Below, piece by piece: positions 39,069 through 49,366 of a stretch of DNA of 64,000 nt. Origin of the DNA: Patescibacteria group bacterium (GTDB taxonomy: Bacteria; Patescibacteriota; Microgenomatia; UBA8517). Both the position numbers and the translations under genes were made by a program. The stretch's first letter is position 1. The number at the start of each line of letters is the position of its first letter. The notes under the pieces were generated by a model. The model was not told the DNA's origin and did not search any database. It was given only the letters and a program-made list of their open reading frames with translations. Where the stretch lies: the NCBI GenBank assembly GCA_018823885.1, contig JAHJHG010000001.1:42439-106438 (forward strand), given 5' to 3'.

Positions 39069-39896
39069 TTACTTCTCACAAAAAAAACTTCCGATGGGTG
39101 TCAATTCTGAAAGCTGTATCTCCTGATTATAAAACGCAGATGCAGCTCCTCCGTCTAAATTGAGAGCACTTATAAATTCTATGTCAAACTTATTTTGGAT
39201 ATTACTAACTAGCAGAGGCAGGTCAGCAAGCAGAGGTCCCACAAAAACAGACTCCTCATTATAAAAAGTAATAAAATATATATTACCTTCCTTGGTCAAA
39301 GCAACAACGATTCGACGAGCCATTTTATCATTAGCAAGAACCAGCCTTTGAATCTGCCCGTTCTGAATCAATATTGGACCCGCTTGCAAGCCAATCCGAA
39401 CAGGTTCTCCTGAATAATCTTTGCTAATTGCTGCTTCACCATTCTTCGTTAGAGTAAAGTAGCCGTTAAACAGGTTATTACTATCTTTATTGCTAATTAT
39501 TTCCGCTTCACTGATAAAAAGTCCAATTGGGGAGTTTGCTTCGGAATAAAATCCACCACTCGTTAGATTTATACAACCGTATTTCTCAATACTTTCTTGG
39601 AGGGTATAGCGCTCTTCAAAATTTGGGTGGAGAAACAAATTTTCTGTTCTGGTGACTTGAATCCATGCAAACACATATTCCTTCCCATTTATTTCTACAC
39701 TTTGTATGTCATTTATCTCGGAGACTGTAGGGCTGTTTTCTATAGGTAATTCTTTATTAAAATCTTGGATATTCTTCAATAAGCAAAACCCAACCAGTGA
39801 AACTGCTAATAAAAAAATTACTATTTTAATTATTTTCACTAAGAAAGTATGGGCCATGTAAGGAGTACGCATTCCTAATGCGAATAATTCTAGCAC
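39069..39896 (-). CDS. phosphodiester glycosidase family (DUF2233-like) membrane-anchored protein (GTG start)
   Basis: N-terminal TM; C-terminal NLDGGAASAFY matches LDGGGS motif of the family. Confidence 0.55.
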   Translation of the reverse strand: MLELFALGMRTPYMAHTFLVKIIKIVIFLLAVSLVGFCLLKNIQDFNKELPIENSPTVSEINDIQSVEINGKEYVFAWIQVTRTENLFLHPNFEERYTLQESIEKYGCINLTSGGFYSEANSPIGLFISEAEIISNKDSNNLFNGYFTLTKNGEAAISKDYSGEPVRIGLQAGPILIQNGQIQRLVLANDKMARRIVVALTKEGNIYFITFYNEESVFVGPLLADLPLLVSNIQNKFDIEFISALNLDGGAASAFYNQEIQLSELTPIGSFFCEK

Positions 39897-39983
39897 ACAA
39901 AATATATTTATTGTTAAATAAAATAACCGGGGGTTTCTTAAAAAAACAAATTTAAGACCCCCGGTATACTAAAACCAACCACC

Positions 39984-40208
39984 CTAAAAACGGAGTTCAC
40001 CTTCACAATTCGGGAACTCATGTTCGTGCATGGACTCAGCAATCGCTTTTATAGCCTCCTGTTCGCTCTCCTGGCAGAGCAGCGCCGTACCAAAGCCGCA
40101 AACCTTACAGCTAAACGGCAACTTAGACAGCTCGGGAGGTTCCTCCTCCAGAAATTCTGGAGAAACATCTTCTGTGTCGTCACCCATGTAACCCAAAAGC
40201 CCTAACAT
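39984..40208 (-). CDS. small acidic Cys/His protein, DUF1059-like
   Basis: Strong AGGAGG RBS; SCKVCGFG..C...EQEAIKAIAESMHEHEF resembles DUF1059 metal-binding pattern; higher GC than flanks. Confidence 0.4.
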   Translation of the reverse strand: MLGLLGYMGDDTEDVSPEFLEEEPPELSKLPFSCKVCGFGTALLCQESEQEAIKAIAESMHEHEFPNCEGELRF

Positions 40209-40357
40209 CTTTGCCTCCTAGGATTATAATGTACCCGGAAATTTCTAGAGTGAATTCGGAAATTCAACTCTTTTTACTTCGGGTTATTATAACAAATTGC
40301 ACTTAACTTGTAAATATTATAGGGGAACTAGTTCAGTACTATGATAGAATAAATTAT

Positions 40358-40921
40358 ATGAATTCATTAAACGGAGAAGAGTGGGTGGACTATAGCGAAA
40401 CGGGCAGACATCATCGCCGTGCTCGTAAATTTAATAGACGGAAATTTCCGCGCGATAGAAGTTTTGTTGGAAAAGAGCTGAAAATATCAGAAAAAATTAA
40501 AGGAGAGGAAAAAAGAAAGAATGAAGCAAGAGGGAAAATTGAAAAACACCTTAAGCGCTTTTCCACACTTGACTCTCACGAAGGCAAGAAGAAGATTAAA
40601 GTTTATATCAGATGGGTCAGAGATTCTCTTGACCAAGACTATCCTCTTCTTGACGAAGGAGATCTTGAAGTAAAAACTGCAGTTGCTAGCGTAAAAGCCG
40701 GTGGCCAAAAACGCCAAAAATCCCAAACCTCTGTTCGTGTGGTGCATTTGCCAACACTAATAAGAGTAAAAAATGAAGAGGAAAGAAGCTTAGAACAAAA
40801 TACATTAAAAGCTAAGGAAAACCTCTACATTTTACTCACAGAGCACCTCCAACTATGGAAAATTTTAAACATAGCATCACCCAATCAGGGCGTTGAAAGA
40901 GAAGTAAAAGATATGCTTTAA
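40358..40921 (+). CDS. hypothetical charged (K/E/R-rich) protein
   Basis: ORF only; mixed-charge low-complexity sequence. Confidence 0.4.
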   Translation: MNSLNGEEWVDYSETGRHHRRARKFNRRKFPRDRSFVGKELKISEKIKGEEKRKNEARGKIEKHLKRFSTLDSHEGKKKIKVYIRWVRDSLDQDYPLLDEGDLEVKTAVASVKAGGQKRQKSQTSVRVVHLPTLIRVKNEEERSLEQNTLKAKENLYILLTEHLQLWKILNIASPNQGVEREVKDML

Positions 40922-40963
40922 TCAAAAAGGCTCTTATGTAAAAACGGAGATCATATATAAACC

Positions 40964-41203
40964 ATGAGTAAGGAAAGAAAATTTCATGTCAATTTCGAAG
41001 AGACCTTGATAGCCGCAGCTTCGGGTGCAGTATTTGGCACAGCCATAGGAAGCGCAAAATATTTAGGAACCCCTCTTCCTGAGGCAACGAGAATAGCATT
41101 AACGTGTGTCCCTTTGGCATTAGTTGGTTTTGGCAAGACTGTCATTAGAAAAAACGATGAACAAAAACAAAGAAAAAGCACTCATCAAAGCTTAGCCAAG
41201 TAG
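40964..41203 (+). CDS. small membrane protein
   Basis: 79 aa with two hydrophobic helices. Confidence 0.35.
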   Translation: MSKERKFHVNFEETLIAAASGAVFGTAIGSAKYLGTPLPEATRIALTCVPLALVGFGKTVIRKNDEQKQRKSTHQSLAK

Positions 41204-41234
41204 TATAAAATAATCTAGAATAAAATTACCTCGG

Positions 41235-41474
41235 ATGAAAATTAATGTAACTGCTAAACCAGCCAGCAAGAAAGCATATATAAAAATGGTGGGGGAAAAA
41301 GAATATGTTGTTTCTGTAAAAGAGCCTCCAATTAATGGGCTGGCTAACATGTCAATTATTGGGTCCCTGTCGGATTACTTTAAGATACCCGCTAGATATA
41401 TAAGAATAGTGTCAGGCTACAGAAGCAGAAATAAAATCATAGAAATAAACGATAATTATATGTCACATATTTGA
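41235..41474 (+). CDS. DUF167 (YggU) family protein
   Basis: V.AKPASKK..I...GEKEYVVSVKEPPINGLANMSIIGSLSDYFKIPARYIRIVSGYRSRNKII matches YggU pattern (PP..G.AN....L...SG..SR.K). Confidence 0.6.
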   Translation: MKINVTAKPASKKAYIKMVGEKEYVVSVKEPPINGLANMSIIGSLSDYFKIPARYIRIVSGYRSRNKIIEINDNYMSHI

Positions 41475-41527
41475 GGACGTTATTCTTTCGCTCTTTTATT
41501 TTTCAAAACATATAATATAATCTTTAT

Positions 41528-41725
41528 ATGGCCGCTAAAAAGAAATTATATCGAAGTAAAGATAATAAAATTTTGGCAGGTATTATAGGTGGACTAGGGG
41601 AGTATTTCGATATTGACCCAACAGTTTTGAGACTCGGATGGCTCTTGGTTTTTGTCTTTACGGGCATCTTTCCTGTGCTTCTTGCTTATATTATTGCGAT
41701 TCTTATTGTGCCAAATAAGTCTTAA
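41528..41725 (+). CDS. PspC-domain membrane protein
   Basis: LYRSKDNKILAGIIGGLGEYFDIDPTVLRLGWLL + TM: canonical PspC domain. Confidence 0.65.
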   Translation: MAAKKKLYRSKDNKILAGIIGGLGEYFDIDPTVLRLGWLLVFVFTGIFPVLLAYIIAILIVPNKS

Positions 41726-42864
41726 TCGCTTGCGTCTCCAGAAATATACTTATGAACCTCGCTCCATTTATTGACACCCTCTCTTGGGATTAATATATAT
41801 TGACCCCCTGAGCTGGAGGAAGAATAGAAAACGTTATCTTCGGTAAGATAAATATGTGCTATTTTGTAATCCAGCGGATTTCCAGCTTTAGTCAAAATCT
41901 GCTTTATTGCTTCTGAGTCCAAATCCGTATTTACACTTCCGGTAAGTTTATTTAAAACAGGGCTTGCCTGAGAGATAGCATCCAAAGATATTAATTTATT
42001 TTTTATTGCCGCTAGAATTTCGTGCTGTCTTGCGCTTCTTGCAAAATCACCCCCATATTGATCCGAATGTCTTGAACGGACAAATTTTAGAGCTGTTTCT
42101 CCATCTATCTTTTGTAAACCTTTTTCAAAATGCAAGTGTTCATAGCGACATTCAAATTGCTTCTCTAGCTGGAAACCTGAATATTTCTGGTGAAATTCAG
42201 CGATATCTTCACCAGATATTCCACACGTTTCATTTTCAAGACCCTTTACGGGATAGAAGTAATCATCAAAAGGATTGCTTACATCAACTTCAATTCCTCC
42301 CAACAAATCGATGGCATCAACAAGTCCATCAAAGTTAATAGACATATAATAGTCAACCTCCAATCCAGTAACAATTGATGCTGCGTATTTCGCCAGCTCA
42401 CCACCTCCTTCTTCTCCCCGGTAAACGGGTTTCTTGTTCGGATATTTATTTTCATCGCCTCCGATAGCATAGGCAGCATTGATTTTATAATTTTGCGTAT
42501 TGTCGTAATCTACAGGCAAAGCGATCCAGAGGTCGCGGGGGATTGAGATAAGAACAACTTCTTTTTCCTTTGTATCTACGCTTGCAAGAGTAATTGAATC
42601 TGTTAAATTTCCACCATCGTGACCAGCACCGCCGTATCCTAATAGTAAAACATTGAACGTATCGGGTGAGTCAACCACAGGCGTAGCGGGCATGGCTTCT
42701 GTTATATTTACTGTTTTATCTCCCGCTACATAAGGCCTGGATAAAGTAAAATACAAATAGCTTAATCCGATACCAACAAAGAATAATGTAAAGAGGGAAG
42801 CCGTTAACTTAACGATCCTTCTATCAAGATGCAATACCCGTTCCTTAAGTTTTTTTAAGAACAT
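41722..42864 (-). CDS. LytR-CpsA-Psr (LCP) family cell-envelope phosphotransferase
   Basis: N-terminal TM; NVLLLGYGGAGHDGGNLTDSITLASVD...LISIPRDLW LCP core. Confidence 0.75.
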   Translation of the reverse strand: MFLKKLKERVLHLDRRIVKLTASLFTLFFVGIGLSYLYFTLSRPYVAGDKTVNITEAMPATPVVDSPDTFNVLLLGYGGAGHDGGNLTDSITLASVDTKEKEVVLISIPRDLWIALPVDYDNTQNYKINAAYAIGGDENKYPNKKPVYRGEEGGGELAKYAASIVTGLEVDYYMSINFDGLVDAIDLLGGIEVDVSNPFDDYFYPVKGLENETCGISGEDIAEFHQKYSGFQLEKQFECRYEHLHFEKGLQKIDGETALKFVRSRHSDQYGGDFARSARQHEILAAIKNKLISLDAISQASPVLNKLTGSVNTDLDSEAIKQILTKAGNPLDYKIAHIYLTEDNVFYSSSSSGGQYILIPREGVNKWSEVHKYISGDASD

Positions 42865-42904
42865 ACGTTTATATTATCACTTTCTCCGTCTCTCGTTAGG
42901 AATT

Positions 42905-43660
42905 GTGTTGTATAATCTCATCATGGCCTGGACAAATACAAGTTGGCTTTACAATCCAAAAAGTAAATTACCCTTCAAATTGAGTAGAAGCAAAATTGAT
43001 TTATTTTTGCAATGCCCCAGATGTTTTTACCTGACTGTTCGTTTGGGAATAAAACGGCCAAGCATGCCGGGCTTTACTCTAAACATTGCTGTTGATGAAC
43101 TTCTCAAAAATGAATTTGACCTACTTCGCAAGAAGGGACAAACTCACGAACTGATGAAAAAATATAAAATCGATGCCATTCCCTTTAGTCATCCCGATAT
43201 TGACACCTGGAGAAACAACTTCGTAGGGAAAAGATATATCCACGAAGGCACAAACCTATTAATTTTTGGAGCAATCGATGACTTGTGGATCAACAAAAAG
43301 GACGAATTAATTGTGGTTGACTATAAGGCAACTAGCACGACACAAGAAATTTCTCTGGACGACAAGTGGAAGCAAAATTATAAAAAACAGCTTGAAGTTT
43401 ACCAATGGATTTATGAAAAAAGTGGATTTAAAGTCTCAAAAACAGGCTATATTGTATATGCCAACGCCAGTAAAAATAGAGCGAAATTTGACGGAAAATT
43501 AGAGTTTGAAATGACAATTCACCCACATAAAGGAGATACAACTTGGATTGAACCGACAATTATTGAGATAAAAAAGACTTTAGATTCTGATAAACTTCCG
43601 GCTTCTGGAGCTGAGTGTGAATATTGTTCCTACCGCAAAAAGGCTTCAACAAAAGAATAA
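42905..43660 (+). CDS. PD-(D/E)XK Cas4/RecB-like nuclease with Cys cluster (orphan)
   Basis: N-terminal Cys pair (QCPRC), D..DDLWINKKDELIVVDYK (D-ExK), C-terminal CEYC; Cas4-like 1+3 Cys pattern incomplete but similar. Confidence 0.6.
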   Translation: MLYNLIMAWTNTSWLYNPKSKLPFKLSRSKIDLFLQCPRCFYLTVRLGIKRPSMPGFTLNIAVDELLKNEFDLLRKKGQTHELMKKYKIDAIPFSHPDIDTWRNNFVGKRYIHEGTNLLIFGAIDDLWINKKDELIVVDYKATSTTQEISLDDKWKQNYKKQLEVYQWIYEKSGFKVSKTGYIVYANASKNRAKFDGKLEFEMTIHPHKGDTTWIEPTIIEIKKTLDSDKLPASGAECEYCSYRKKASTKE

Positions 43661-43914
43661 ACTCCTATTTGACAATTATTATTTTTAGTATTAAATGAAT
43701 GAGTGAAAGAAAGAATACATAAGAAATCAGAGATACCTAGTGGGAATGGATCCAAACCAGTAATTCCTGATATGAAACCAGAAAATGCCAAAAAACACAT
43801 CAGAAGGTCAGGCAAAAGAAGAAGGAGAAAGCTCTCAAGCAACATAGGTCCGGATATTACATACTTCACCTAGTAGAACAAGAAACCAAAATATATTAGA
43901 ATAGTTTATAGACC

Positions 43915-44277
43915 ATGAGTGAAAAAACAGTCGGGTACATTTTACTTTTCGTAGGTGTTATCATTATTCTTTTTTCGGGTTTTAGTGTGTATGGTGTTTT
44001 TTCAAAGAATATAAAGCCCGTCCAATTCTTTTCAATCGGAAGTACTCCGATCGAAATCCCAATAGCAGGTCAAACCGCAAACAAGGGAGTCGATGGGGGA
44101 GGAATAGGTATTCCCACAGAAGTAATTCAGGACCCTTTAAACGCTTTTGCTCACCTTACTTTAATGATTTTTATTGGAGGGGTGGGATTTAAAATTGCGT
44201 CTTTAGGTACAATGCTCATCAGACCTGTTATTGTTAAACTCAAAAGTAAAGAGTCTTCTGATAAGCCCTCCAAGTAG
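43915..44277 (+). CDS. membrane protein, hypothetical
   Basis: Two or three TM helices; no motif. Confidence 0.4.
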   Translation: MSEKTVGYILLFVGVIIILFSGFSVYGVFSKNIKPVQFFSIGSTPIEIPIAGQTANKGVDGGGIGIPTEVIQDPLNAFAHLTLMIFIGGVGFKIASLGTMLIRPVIVKLKSKESSDKPSK

Positions 44278-44344
44278 AAAAGGTGCTGTATAGAAATACC
44301 TAGTAGAACCAAAAAGAGTCTTAGTAAAAGTGATGGGGAAATAA

Positions 44345-45406
44345 TTAAGTTATTTTTCTTTGATAATTCATATCTAGATCTTCGGTTATGTGATAAACAA
44401 GAACATTGTGCCCTTTCGGTTTAATTATCCTTCCCCAACTTCTTATTTCTATCACATCTATTTCTTCTTCTGAAAAAATTGGACAACTGTTTGAAGCTCT
44501 ATCTAATATTGCTATTCTTGGCAATGTCTTTGTTTCGGTAATTTCTCTCTTGTCTACTTGCACATAAAGTTTTGAGTAAAGCGCTGAAAAATTCTCCTGT
44601 TTCTCGCGTGCCTCAAGCTGCCCATTCTCTACAAAAACAATTGATGGATGTTCTTTTAAGTCCTCTCTTTCTTCTTCGTTTTTGGGTTTCACCCTGCCCA
44701 TAATGAGTTGTTTCCAGTTATCTCCAACCGACAGCCCTTCTAGGGGCATGTCGGCTTCTCTTAGCCTTAATTCATTAATGGTTGCCAAAGAATGTCGGCC
44801 AATTACGTCAGAAATTGAATCGCCCTCTAAAGAATTCAACCAAGAGGGAAGTTTTGTTTGTATAAGGTCATCGGGTGACTGGAAATCTTTTCCTCTAGTT
44901 TTATATCCGTGCGTAATGTGATAAATCTTTGTAGGGTATGAGGGGTGTTTTACAACCCAGCCCCATACTCGTTTCTCAATGAATTCCGTGTCGTCTTCAT
45001 CAAATATCGGGTAGCCTGCCCCAGCCACGTCCAAAATGGCTATTTTTTCTGCCATTCTAGGAACGAGCTCATACTTATCAATCCCATCTTGAATTTGTTC
45101 CAAAATACCATCAATCTTGCCAATATCTCCATCATCATCCAACTTCGGAACGAACCTATTTTCTATGTGCCAGATTATGCGATTCACTTTTGATCGCTCA
45201 TCTCCTTCAACTATTAATGTCCAATTAGCACCCACAATTACAACATCTTTGGGAAAATCAGGATCACCATTTCCCAACTCTTTAATGACTGCGTAGGCAA
45301 AATCACCATAATCCTTTCCATATTCCCGTGTGTCTTTTTCTGAATTCTCAAGCCAGAATTTTGGTTTATCAACTATTGATAGTCGTGATAGTCGCTCTGG
45401 ATTCAT
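44345..45406 (-). CDS. hypothetical protein with internal tandem duplication
   Basis: Two approx 120-aa repeats sharing IAILD...PIF.EE..IE.R.WG...K....YHIT; acidic linkers. Confidence 0.5.
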   Translation of the reverse strand: MNPERLSRLSIVDKPKFWLENSEKDTREYGKDYGDFAYAVIKELGNGDPDFPKDVVIVGANWTLIVEGDERSKVNRIIWHIENRFVPKLDDDGDIGKIDGILEQIQDGIDKYELVPRMAEKIAILDVAGAGYPIFDEDDTEFIEKRVWGWVVKHPSYPTKIYHITHGYKTRGKDFQSPDDLIQTKLPSWLNSLEGDSISDVIGRHSLATINELRLREADMPLEGLSVGDNWKQLIMGRVKPKNEEEREDLKEHPSIVFVENGQLEAREKQENFSALYSKLYVQVDKREITETKTLPRIAILDRASNSCPIFSEEEIDVIEIRSWGRIIKPKGHNVLVYHITEDLDMNYQRKIT

Positions 45407-45462
45407 AACCGTGATTATACCCCATAAACATTATAGGTTCAAATATTTACATCAGGAGCGGA

Positions 45463-46236
45463 TTATCGAAGTTCAAATGTCACCGTTACAGTTTTATAAA
45501 CGGTTTCTGTTCCCGGTTCAATCGGAGCGATTCCAGTATCCATTTCAAGGCCTTTGAATATTCCGCTTGTTTGCTGTCCTTCACTGACAGTAACTATTTT
45601 ACCTAATTTTCTTCCACTGGATTCAGCAATTTTTTCGGCTTTTTCTCGAGCATTGTTAATTGCTTCTTCAAGAAGAACTACTTCTGATTCCTGAGTATCA
45701 TCTAGAGAAAAGTTTGGACCTTGGACACTCGTTGCTCCACTTTCATTCAATAAGTCTGCCAGCGCCGATGCTTTGTCAACATCTCGAAGTGTAACTTCAA
45801 TTGTGTTGTTGGCACTCCATTGACCCAATTCAACCCTCCTTGCTTCATCTTCAATAAATGGTTCTTGTATTTGATGAACGCTAAGGCTGCGGGTTTGAAT
45901 GTCCTCTTCCGCAATACCAAAAGATTTCACCGCGCTGATAACATCACCTATTACTTGATTAACTTCGTCAACCGCCGTTTCTTTGTCATCATTAATAGCG
46001 GTAACACCTGCCGTAAAAGATGCAATTTGGCTCATTTCTTCAAGGCTTGCTTCACCCGACACTGTAATCGTTGAAGCAGGCAATATTTCCAATTTACCCC
46101 AATTAACAAATCTCCAAGGAATTAAAAAAACACCGACTAGAAGTATTGCCATTAATGCAACCTTAAAAACGATAATTTTTTTAACTGGATGTTTTCTCAT
46201 ATCATCCAGGTTAACTTGTGGAAAATTTGCTGTCAA
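45463..46236 (-). CDS. SIMPL/DUF541 family periplasmic protein
   Basis: N-terminal TM anchor; ITVSGEAS...A.FTAGV...DIQTRSLS pattern typical of SIMPL. Confidence 0.6.
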   Translation of the reverse strand: MTANFPQVNLDDMRKHPVKKIIVFKVALMAILLVGVFLIPWRFVNWGKLEILPASTITVSGEASLEEMSQIASFTAGVTAINDDKETAVDEVNQVIGDVISAVKSFGIAEEDIQTRSLSVHQIQEPFIEDEARRVELGQWSANNTIEVTLRDVDKASALADLLNESGATSVQGPNFSLDDTQESEVVLLEEAINNAREKAEKIAESSGRKLGKIVTVSEGQQTSGIFKGLEMDTGIAPIEPGTETVYKTVTVTFELR

Positions 46237-46338
46237 TGCCCTAAGTTTCTTAAGTATTCCTATTGCCCAATAGCCTCCAAAAGGGTAAAATAGAACAGGC
46301 TATAAGCCTATCTTTTTTTGTTTTTTGAGGCTAAATAT

Positions 46339-48942
46339 ATGGATATTGGAAAAGTAAAATCAGTAGAAATTACCTCAGAGCTTTCTAAAAGCTATCTTGA
46401 TTACGCAATGAGCGTAATAGTATCCCGAGCACTCCCTGATATTCGAGATGGATTAAAACCCGTACACAGAAGAATCCTTTATGCCATGCATTTGATGAAT
46501 CTTGATCCTACCAAATCTTTTACTAAATCAGCAAAAGTGGTAGGGGAGGTTTTAGGGAAATACCATCCCCATGGTGATATGGCTGTTTACGACTCGCTGG
46601 TTCGTTTGGCACAAGACTTTTCAATGAGATACCCACTTGTTCAGGGTCAAGGAAATTTTGGATCTATTGACGGGGATTCTGCAGCGGCTATGCGTTACAC
46701 AGAGGTTAGAATGGCAAAAATATCACCTACCATTCTTAGTGATATTGAAAAGGATACTGTTGATTTTCTTGATAACTTCGACGCGACATTAAAAGAACCA
46801 GTATTTTTACCAGCACTTCTCCCAAACATGCTCCTTATGGGTTCGGAAGGAATAGCCGTTGGAATGGCCACAAAATTACCCCCTCATAACTTAAAGGAGG
46901 TAATTGATGCTGTAATTGCAACCATAAAGAAAGGGAAGATTGTCTCCGAAAAAAACGCTCAAGAAAAAGAAACTGACTTTTTCATTAAAAAAATTAACCT
47001 TAAGGCATCTGGGCAAGACAAAAGCGAGGACATGCTCAAACCCTCCAAGGTAAATTTTGAAAGCGAAATAACAATTGAGGAATTGTTAGAAGTTATACCT
47101 GGACCAGATTTTCCTACCGGTGGGACGATTTACGATGCTGAATCCCTAAAGGAAGTTTATGCAACCGGACGTGGAAAAATAATTGTAAGAGGAGTAGCCG
47201 AAATTAAGGACGGACCAAGAGGTCGCCAGCAAATAATGATTTCCGAACTTCCTTATCAAGTTAACAAAGCCAAACTTGTTATAAAAATTGCCGATTTAGT
47301 TCGCGATAAAAAAATAAAAGGAATTGCAGACTTAAGAGACGAATCTGACAAAGACGGTTTATCTGTCGTTGTTGAATTGAAACGGGATGCTCGACCAAAA
47401 GCTGTTCTTAATAATTTATACAAGCACACTAGACTTCAAACCACATTCCCGGCTAACTTTGTCGCCCTAATCGACGGAGCACCTCATACAGTAAATCTCA
47501 AACAGATTTTAACCGAATATATAAAACACAGGCAGCGTGTTGTAACCAGAAGAACAATCTTTGAATTAACGGCTGCGAAGAGACGAGCTCACATTTTGGA
47601 AGGATTAAAAATCGCCCTTGATAATTTAGATGCTGTAATAAAAACAATTCGAGCCAGTCGCACGCAAGAAGATGCAAAAAGAAATCTAATCAAGAAATTC
47701 GGCCTAACCGATATTCAATCAACAGCTATCTTAGATATGCAACTAAGACGCTTAGCAGCCCTTGAGCGGGAAAAAATCGAAAAAGAATACAATGAAATCA
47801 AGAAGTTAATTGATAAATTAACGGCTATTCTAAAAAATCCAAAGAAAGTTCTTGAGATTATTTCCAAAGAGCTTTTAGCACTCAGGGAGAAATTTGGAGA
47901 TGCTAGAAGAACCAAAATCTACAAACAAAAACTAGGGGAGTTCTCTGACGAGGACTTGGTCCCCAAAAAAGAAACGCTTATTACTGTTACAAAAACAGGA
48001 TATGTCAAAAGAGTGCCCAGAGAAACATACAGATCACAGCGACGTGGCGGTAAAGGTGTCGTGGGAATGACGACAAAAGAAGCTGATGAAATTGAACACA
48101 TCCTAACAGCTTCTACTCATGACACAATATTATTCTTTACTAATAAAGGAAAGGTATATGGAACGCGAGCTTGGGAAATTCCAGAAACAACAAGGCAAGC
48201 CAAGGGCCAGGCTATCGTTAATCTTATTGACATAGATCAGGGTGAAGACGTTATGTCAGTTTTGGCCGCTAGCAATGATGATTTGCGCAAACATTTCATT
48301 ATGACCACTTCGAAAGGTATCGTTAAAAAAACAAAAGTATCTCAATTTGAAAACTTAAGAGCATCAGGCCTTATCGCTATCCGTCTTGCCACTAATGATG
48401 CCCTCGTCTGTGTTCAGGAAACAGAAGGAAACGAGCATATTCTCCTTTTGTCTAAAAAAGGCAAGTCCATTCGTTTCCCGGAAACAAACGTCAGGCCCAT
48501 GGGAAGAGCAACCACTGGTGTTCGTGGTATTAAACTTGAACCGCACGATGAAGTTATTGGAATGGAAGTATTTGCTGAAAAAACAATTAAACTCAAAGAC
48601 AAAAGGCGAAAGGTTTTTAGGGATATTTTAACTATTTCGGAAAAAGGATTAGGGAAAAGAACCGGTATCCATCTCTTCCCGGTTCAGAGAAGAGCGGGTA
48701 AGGGAGTCAAAGCGGCGGTCGTTAACGACAAAACTGGACCCCTTGCCGCCATGGCCATGGTCAATCAAAAAATGGAACAACTTATCATTACAAGCAAAAG
48801 CGGTCAGATTATCAAACTACCACTTAAGAATATTCCACAAATGGGAAGAGCGACACAAGGTGTAATCTTAATGCGTTTTGCAAAGAAAAATGATGCTGTT
48901 GCCGCTATGGCTTGTTTGGAAAAAAGCGTAGCAAAAAAGTAA
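46339..48942 (+). CDS. gyrA: DNA gyrase subunit A (ATG 46339; ORF-track start 46318)
   Basis: [14 protein letters not shown], active-site AAMRYTE, GyrA-box-containing beta-pinwheel C-terminal repeats. Confidence 0.9.
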   Translation: MDIGKVKSVEITSELSKSYLDYAMSVIVSRALPDIRDGLKPVHRRILYAMHLMNLDPTKSFTKSAKVVGEVLGKYHPHGDMAVYDSLVRLAQDFSMRYPLVQGQGNFGSIDGDSAAAMRYTEVRMAKISPTILSDIEKDTVDFLDNFDATLKEPVFLPALLPNMLLMGSEGIAVGMATKLPPHNLKEVIDAVIATIKKGKIVSEKNAQEKETDFFIKKINLKASGQDKSEDMLKPSKVNFESEITIEELLEVIPGPDFPTGGTIYDAESLKEVYATGRGKIIVRGVAEIKDGPRGRQQIMISELPYQVNKAKLVIKIADLVRDKKIKGIADLRDESDKDGLSVVVELKRDARPKAVLNNLYKHTRLQTTFPANFVALIDGAPHTVNLKQILTEYIKHRQRVVTRRTIFELTAAKRRAHILEGLKIALDNLDAVIKTIRASRTQEDAKRNLIKKFGLTDIQSTAILDMQLRRLAALEREKIEKEYNEIKKLIDKLTAILKNPKKVLEIISKELLALREKFGDARRTKIYKQKLGEFSDEDLVPKKETLITVTKTGYVKRVPRETYRSQRRGGKGVVGMTTKEADEIEHILTASTHDTILFFTNKGKVYGTRAWEIPETTRQAKGQAIVNLIDIDQGEDVMSVLAASNDDLRKHFIMTTSKGIVKKTKVSQFENLRASGLIAIRLATNDALVCVQETEGNEHILLLSKKGKSIRFPETNVRPMGRATTGVRGIKLEPHDEVIGMEVFAEKTIKLKDKRRKVFRDILTISEKGLGKRTGIHLFPVQRRAGKGVKAAVVNDKTGPLAAMAMVNQKMEQLIITSKSGQIIKLPLKNIPQMGRATQGVILMRFAKKNDAVAAMACLEKSVAKK

Positions 48943-48994
48943 AGACAACCACACCTTAACAATCTAAATTAGACACAATACCAAGGAGGAAGAC

Positions 48995-49156
48995 ATGTTC
49001 ATTCGAAGATCTCAATCGCTCTACTTTGCAGTGATAATTATCCTATTATCATTAGGGTTAATTATCTTCCTCGCATGCATAGAAATGAAAAGTGATCCAG
49101 AATTTGAACTTAGCTGTCTCGTCCGCCCTAAGGAATTGTGTTTTAACTTTAGGTAA
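48995..49156 (+). CDS. small membrane protein (53 aa), not in ORF track
   Basis: Strong AAGGAGGAAGAC RBS then ATG; MFIRRSQSLYFAVIIILLSLGLIIFLACIEMKSDPEFELSCLVRPKELCFNFR; followed by the conserved hairpin element. Confidence 0.3.
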   Translation: MFIRRSQSLYFAVIIILLSLGLIIFLACIEMKSDPEFELSCLVRPKELCFNFR

Positions 49157-49176
49157 AGGAGGTGATCAAGTCTAAT

Positions 49177-49250
49177 CTGAGGGTACGAGCTTAGAGCGAA
49201 GTTTTTTATTCGACTCTATTCAAACGACCCTCATGTTTTTTATGTTTAAT
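49177..49250 (+). repeat. conserved structured hairpin element, copy 1 (terminator-like)
   Basis: CTGAGGGTACGAG...ACGACCCTCATGTTTTTT; outer stem TGAGGGT/ACCCTCA, inner stem TAGAGCGAA/TTCG(A)CTCTA; shares approx 50 of 62 positions with copy 2. Confidence 0.6.
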
Positions 49251-49366
49251 TAATATTCTCTGATATAATGCTTCCAGTCTGTCCGTGTATACGGGCATTT
49301 TATATTCATAGGTACCTTGACAAGTCCAATCACATCTTTTCCCTATATAAAAAAGGAGGCAGTCCC

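Noticed and set aside
39069-39896. Longer start for phosphodiester glycosidase gene
   Set aside because: Kept the ORF-track coordinates (GTG) but internal ATGs (MRTPY, MAHTF) are equally plausible; cannot be resolved from sequence alone.
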